DNA of 64,000 bases, taken from the NCBI GenBank assembly GCA_029259945.1, contig JAJDEF010000037.1:122169-186168 (forward strand), written 5' to 3'. The number at the start of each line of letters is the position of its first letter. Position 1 is the stretch's first letter. The translations under genes and the position numbers were made by a program. The notes below the pieces were generated by a model. The model was not told where the DNA came from. It saw only the letters and a program-made list of their open reading frames with translations, and made no database searches. Shown piece after piece: positions 59,400 to 64,000 of this stretch. This stretch comes from Planctomycetota bacterium (GTDB lineage: Bacteria; Planctomycetota; Planctomycetia; Pirellulales; Lacipirellulaceae).

Positions 59400-60689
59400 C
59401 TAATATGCAACTCGTTGCCAAGTACTCGGCACAATCTGCATAACCGGTCCTGCAGAAAAACCGGGCGGCGGGGTGTTGTAAAAGCTGGAGTCGTAGGTCA
59501 GCGTAAGATCAGCGGCCACATTACAGACACCTCCCACTACGACTGTTCCATTTAAGTTGCATGGATTCGTGACCGTCAAATCGTCTGACACGTAAATCAA
59601 ACCATTAATCACCCCAGGGTACTGGTCGAGCTGATCCGCATCTTCAACATCGAGATAAGGAGTCCCAGTCGGATTGAAATTCATGTTATTGTCGCTCTCT
59701 GTTAGAGGCGTGTTAGCATCCCACTCCATTTTCATGTCGCCCTGCACCATCAATACGGGATAGTTTGCCACCGCCGGTTCCCCGTGTATGCTCCCTTCAA
59801 TCCTCGACTCCGGTCCTGCGTCCAAAAGCACTAAGGTGCCTACGATTCGAGAATCGAGGATAACAATATTGTCCGACTCGCAATCGATTACGTAAATTCC
59901 CATCGGGTTGGTCGACGTCCCAAAGGGATTGCTGCTGGGGCTCAGAAGCTGCTTATCTATTCTCAATCCAGCAATAGAATCGGCCTCAATGACCGTGCCG
60001 TTCGCAAGATAATAGTCAAACACCGTATCGTCACTCGGCATCGCACGAGGCGGTGACTGGAATTTATCCCTTGCACCACTCACCGTACCGTAGATGCTTC
60101 CTGCCGCCCAAGCGTCACCTGTGACACCAGCACCTCCACTGCCATCAATATCAAGGTTCGAGCTTACCGTCTGATCTGTCGTAATCGAGGCTGACATACT
60201 AATCAGCAAATTGCCCTGCGAATGCAATGATACTGCGAGACTGTCCAGCCCTGCGTCATCGGGCACCAGCGAAACGGTCGCCACGCTGGTCGATTGACCC
60301 GCGACCCCCACACCACGAACCGTAACCCCATCCGCTTCGTCGTCTGCCAAGTCGCCATCCTTGTCGAGCAACACAAACTTGTACTGGGCCCTCGAATCCA
60401 GAATCAACCACGACCCGTTCGGCTCTTCGACACCGTGGAAATAGCGTGTTCGCCAATCGGGATAGAATTCCATGCGCGCCAGCGCAAATTCAACCGCCGA
60501 CTGGGCCGCTAGCTGCGCGTGGACCATTTCTTCGCTGGCCACGCCTGCGCGTATTTCCAGGCGAGCCATTTGCATCGAAGTCATCGCAATCGTGGCAACA
60601 ATCATCGCTACGCCTAGCACGGCAATGTAAACGCCGCCACGCCGGTTATTGCGTTTCATTCGTTGTAATTTTCGTCGAAAAAACATCAT
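59400..60689 (-). CDS. PilX/GspK-like pseudopilin with a long C-terminal beta-rich domain
   Basis: RRG|GVYIAVLGVAMIV class III signal lacking Glu5; AQLAAQSAVEFA. Confidence 0.75.
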   Translation of the reverse strand: MMFFRRKLQRMKRNNRRGGVYIAVLGVAMIVATIAMTSMQMARLEIRAGVASEEMVHAQLAAQSAVEFALARMEFYPDWRTRYFHGVEEPNGSWLILDSRAQYKFVLLDKDGDLADDEADGVTVRGVGVAGQSTSVATVSLVPDDAGLDSLAVSLHSQGNLLISMSASITTDQTVSSNLDIDGSGGAGVTGDAWAAGSIYGTVSGARDKFQSPPRAMPSDDTVFDYYLANGTVIEADSIAGLRIDKQLLSPSSNPFGTSTNPMGIYVIDCESDNIVILDSRIVGTLVLLDAGPESRIEGSIHGEPAVANYPVLMVQGDMKMEWDANTPLTESDNNMNFNPTGTPYLDVEDADQLDQYPGVINGLIYVSDDLTVTNPCNLNGTVVVGGVCNVAADLTLTYDSSFYNTPPPGFSAGPVMQIVPSTWQRVAY

Positions 60690-60695
60690 TAGTAC

Positions 60696-61331
60696 TCAGT
60701 TGTCGGTTGCTTGATTGCAAAGGTTGGTGCTCATGCGCGCAGATTGCGAACTTCCACCCAAACGAAGCTCTGCCCCCATCCAAGTCACGGCAGTCGTATC
60801 GATTGCTGGCGTTCGCTCTAATAGGCCATTTCTCTGACGAAATGCACAGAATTCATAAATCTTTCCGTCCGGATCAGTAACACGCACACGAATTTTTTTG
60901 AGTCCTGTCTCCGAAAACCAAAAAACTCCATTGATTCGATCCGCCCACCAAACATCGATTTCCCGCAGCCAGCCCGTGTAACCCACCAGCGCCGTTCCAT
61001 CTTTCGCGCGGGCATTCGCCGAGCTCCAATTGTTGTAATCGTCCACATCGTCGAAAGCAGCACGTGTCGCGGTCGATTCACCCGTTTCGGCGCCTGTGCC
61101 ATTGCCCGCTCCTTCAGGATCTTCGTAAGGCATAGCAAGCACTTCTGCCATCAACTCATGTGCCAATTCTGGTCCCGTCAACCTAAGGCTATTGATCCGC
61201 TGCGTACGATAAACAGCCCCCAACGTATCGAGCGCCACCAAAAGCATCGACCCGACGATCATGGTGCTCACCACTACCTCAACCATGCTCACGCCACATC
61301 GCAGTTTGGTTTTTCCTGAAAGTGTTCTCAT
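60696..61331 (-). CDS. PilV-like prepilin (N-methylation domain)
   Basis: RCG|VSMVEVVVSTMIV; AAGGA RBS; FDDVDDYNNW motif. Confidence 0.8.
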   Translation of the reverse strand: MRTLSGKTKLRCGVSMVEVVVSTMIVGSMLLVALDTLGAVYRTQRINSLRLTGPELAHELMAEVLAMPYEDPEGAGNGTGAETGESTATRAAFDDVDDYNNWSSANARAKDGTALVGYTGWLREIDVWWADRINGVFWFSETGLKKIRVRVTDPDGKIYEFCAFRQRNGLLERTPAIDTTAVTWMGAELRLGGSSQSARMSTNLCNQATDN

Positions 61332-61341
61332 AGTTCCTTGC

Positions 61342-62436
61342 TCAAGGTACTGGATTTGGTGCAATCGCAATCGTCACCGTGCGGTAATCCTTACTATTCG
61401 CAAGTGCAAACGCAGCCGTCGCCGTGGCGCCTGATGATAGATGTTCGAGATAGCCCGCCCCGCCTGCAACCGACGCGCCACCGATCGAACTCGAATCCAT
61501 CGCAATCGAGGTATGCCCAGCAAGGCCAGTAGTGCCAACCGTGATGTCGCTACCATCAAAGGCTCCAATCCTGACCACGAGCGTATTTTCAACACTCGTG
61601 GTCACCGAGGGACTCAGCGGGGTGACTGATTTGCCGACACTAAAGGCGCTGGCGTCAATCGGTGAAGTCGTATCATTGCCCGTAAATCGCATCATCCAAC
61701 CGTAAGCCTCTTCGGGCGTCGACCAAGCGAATCCGTGGGCTATAGGTTCGCTCGCAGCGGCAACTTTCCACCACACACCAAGAGTTACTTTCCCAACTCG
61801 ATCGCCAATATCAACTGCAGTCCAGTCCGCTGCCGCTAACAACGAATCCGTGTTGTTGCCGTCGGTCGCAACCACCGCAACAAGCAAGTCGCCTGCGCTA
61901 GTGCCAGAAGGCACAAACAGAGCGATCGCCGTGCTGTCGACGTTGACTTTTTGATCGGCATAACCCGCAAATACCGGGGCGGATGCCGGTGTTAAAGGCG
62001 AGGGATCTGCCAGCAACAAGCGAGTGATGCTCGTCAGATCAAAAACCTGCACGTCCTTAGCAATCGTTTGCACGGGATCACTATTATACTCATAAGTCAA
62101 CGCATCGCCTGGTGTTCCCGACCAACCATAGCGAATCGTCTCAGGCAATCCGTCGTTGTCGCGATCGGGCACAGTAAAGGTCACGGCCGTGGCCGTTCGT
62201 TCACTAAAACTCAGTGCATGCCGAAGGTCGGCCATCATGTCACCCAGCACTTCCGCAGCAATGCTCGATTGGCGAGCCGGTCGGTCGTCAAGATTCAGAG
62301 CTTGACTCGAGATGTAGAGCGTCGATGCCAACCCCGAAATAAGCAACGTCGACGAGGCCATACCGATCATCAACTCAATCAGCGTATAGCCGACAGAATG
62401 TCTCGGTCGTCGTAGGTTTTGTTTACACGCTATCAT
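61342..62436 (-). CDS. PilW-like prepilin fused to a ~200-aa C-terminal beta-sandwich domain
   Basis: SVG|YTLIELMIGM; ETIRYGWSG; C-terminal VPSGTSAGDLLVAVV...WWKVA...domain. Confidence 0.8.
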   Translation of the reverse strand: MIACKQNLRRPRHSVGYTLIELMIGMASSTLLISGLASTLYISSQALNLDDRPARQSSIAAEVLGDMMADLRHALSFSERTATAVTFTVPDRDNDGLPETIRYGWSGTPGDALTYEYNSDPVQTIAKDVQVFDLTSITRLLLADPSPLTPASAPVFAGYADQKVNVDSTAIALFVPSGTSAGDLLVAVVATDGNNTDSLLAAADWTAVDIGDRVGKVTLGVWWKVAAASEPIAHGFAWSTPEEAYGWMMRFTGNDTTSPIDASAFSVGKSVTPLSPSVTTSVENTLVVRIGAFDGSDITVGTTGLAGHTSIAMDSSSIGGASVAGGAGYLEHLSSGATATAAFALANSKDYRTVTIAIAPNPVP

Positions 62437-62437
62437 T

Positions 62438-62938
62438 TTATTCCACACCAGGTTGTGTCGATTGCGACACGTCGCTTGTCTGAGTGACATTTCCATTCAC
62501 ATCGACACCTACTGTTTCTGTATTATTACCGCTACTCATGACCACCACCCCTGCAGCACTAGGTCGACCGTACATGTCGTAAGTAAGGGTCGTCGCACCG
62601 GCGAAGCTCGCCGACTCCAAGGCCACTTGATAATCGGACTGCCCGAAATTAAATCGATAAGCAGTGCCCGGACGATTGAAGTCGTCAATTCCTGTCACCG
62701 AATAACTATTCGACGCTAAATCAAATACAATGGTTTTGCTGCTGCTGGTCCGTTGCGCTTCGCGCCGGGCCAGTTTCATATCGGCAACCATCCGTTGAGA
62801 GGCGGCCTCAACACGAAATTTGGAAAGCGAATCGAAGTATCTCGGCGCAGCAACCGCGGTGAGGATCCCCATGATGAGCATGACGATCACCACTTCGATC
62901 ATCGTAAAACCTGACAAGTTTTTACGTGCTCGTTCCAT
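62438..62938 (-). CDS. GspH/FimT-family pseudopilin
   Basis: LSG|FTMIEVVIVMLIMGILTAVAAP; ADMKLARREA; YDMYGRP. Confidence 0.88.
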   Translation of the reverse strand: MERARKNLSGFTMIEVVIVMLIMGILTAVAAPRYFDSLSKFRVEAASQRMVADMKLARREAQRTSSSKTIVFDLASNSYSVTGIDDFNRPGTAYRFNFGQSDYQVALESASFAGATTLTYDMYGRPSAAGVVVMSSGNNTETVGVDVNGNVTQTSDVSQSTQPGVE

Positions 62939-62984
62939 GAAAATAGGCTCTGCTTGACTTATTAGTGGCTGAATTTCAGCTTCT

Positions 62985-63056
62985 TTTTATTGCCGCAGAG
63001 GAAAATCAATTTGAGAGGTGTTTCCTCTGCGCTCTCTGTGTCCTCTGCAGTTAAAT
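62985..63056. repeat. CAGAG-family foldback repeat (short)
   Basis: CCGCAGAGGAAA ... TTTCCTCTGCGCTCTCTGTGTCCTCTGCAGTTAA. Confidence 0.6.
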
Positions 63057-64000
63057 TATTTGAAAGAATTGTCAGGTTCGCGAGCGGGGCGTTCGCGAGG
63101 TTGATAGTTTTCTCGCATCGCAGACAACTCTTCAGAAACTTCGAAGAAGGCTTCGATCACCTCTTCGTCCCATTGAGTGCCTGCACCAGACCGCAGTATC
63201 TCTTCCGCTTTTGCTTGGGGTATCCCTTGTCGATAGGCACGATCGCTAGTCATCGCATCGAAGGCATCGGCCACGGCCAGCACACGCCCGTCTCGCGGGA
63301 TATCCTCTCCCACCAAACCATCTGGGTAGCCTTTGCCATCATAACGCTCGTGATGATGCAATACGCCGGGGAGCACGTAACTCAATTGTTTGAGCCCCCG
63401 TAAAATGGCCCAACCGTCGTCGGGATGTTTTTTTATCTCGTCGAATTCCTCTTCGGTCAGCGCGTCTGGTTTTTGTAAAATCGCGTCGTTGATTCCGATT
63501 TTTCCCACGTCGTGTAACAAACCGGTTAGATAGAGCAGATCGCAATCCTCTTCACTATATCCAACTTGTTGTGCCAATCGCTTTGCATAGAGGGCCACAC
63601 GCTCGCTATGACCACACGTATATCCGTCCTTGGCTTCTACAGCCGATACTAGGGATTGAACGACGTTGACCAACAACGTTTCACGCTCTTGAAACAAATT
63701 CAGGTTGCTAGCATGCGAGGCCAACATCGCCGCTGCCGTTGACAAGAGTGACGCTTCGGGGGTACCAAACTCGTTCTGACTCAAATTCTTTCCCAATGGG
63801 TCCGGCAAGTGATCTTTTCTTCGATTCACTGCCAAGAACCACCCAATCTCACCAATTGAGGTCGACACCGCAACTAATACAAAATCGTGGACACCAAGAA
63901 GATTTTCCAGCCCTTCCATTTGATTCTTGATGACCGGCTGCAGCTTGGCAGCCTCTCGATGGTTCTCTACCAACTCGACGAGCACCGCAGGATCGACTTC
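63056..64000 (-). CDS. HD-GYP c-di-GMP phosphodiesterase; partial, 5' end beyond the window
   Basis: TCGHSERVA, LHDVGKIG, HHHERYDGKGYP, VADAFDAMTSDR; the frame stays open to base 64000. Confidence 0.92.
   Translation of the reverse strand, partial: EVDPAVLVELVENHREAAKLQPVIKNQMEGLENLLGVHDFVLVAVSTSIGEIGWFLAVNRRKDHLPDPLGKNLSQNEFGTPEASLLSTAAAMLASHASNLNLFQERETLLVNVVQSLVSAVEAKDGYTCGHSERVALYAKRLAQQVGYSEEDCDLLYLTGLLHDVGKIGINDAILQKPDALTEEEFDEIKKHPDDGWAILRGLKQLSYVLPGVLHHHERYDGKGYPDGLVGEDIPRDGRVLAVADAFDAMTSDRAYRQGIPQAKAEEILRSGAGTQWDEEVIEAFFEVSEELSAMRENYQPRERPAREPDNSFK

Overview
Bacterial chromosomal window, almost certainly from a planctomycete (Pirellulales-like). Supporting signs: a BBP7-like beta-barrel protein, PEP-CTERM proteins, 'FSLRxLL'-type membrane proteins, a prenyltransferase-repeat protein and Ser/Thr kinases. 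Housekeeping genes include glgP, metF, pnp-rpsO, comEC, rnhA, priA, nadD, pduO, amtB-glnK-glnD and trpBA. I found no rRNA, tRNA, CRISPR array, integrase or transposase. Main points of interest: (1) At the right end, a DacZ-like diadenylate cyclase, a tandem-GGDEF diguanylate cyclase and an HD-GYP phosphodiesterase bracket four pseudopilin-like genes (FimT/GspH, PilW with an extra adhesin-like domain, PilV, PilX). (2) A synonymously diverged, internally deleted copy of the comEC 3' end lies about 2 kb downstream of comEC. The two copies enclose a tandem pair of 82%-identical PEP-CTERM genes and a promoter followed by a ~156-nt rod-shaped candidate RNA. (3) A divergent trio of small genes (32-aa membrane peptide missed by the ORF track, acidic peptide, HTH-Zn finger) surrounds a palindromic operator-like site. 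(4) Intergenic DNA holds many foldback MITE/REP elements and heptamer arrays. (5) A CxxCH heme-type sensor kinase is present. All calls come from reading motifs by eye; no database searches were run, and start codons are best estimates.
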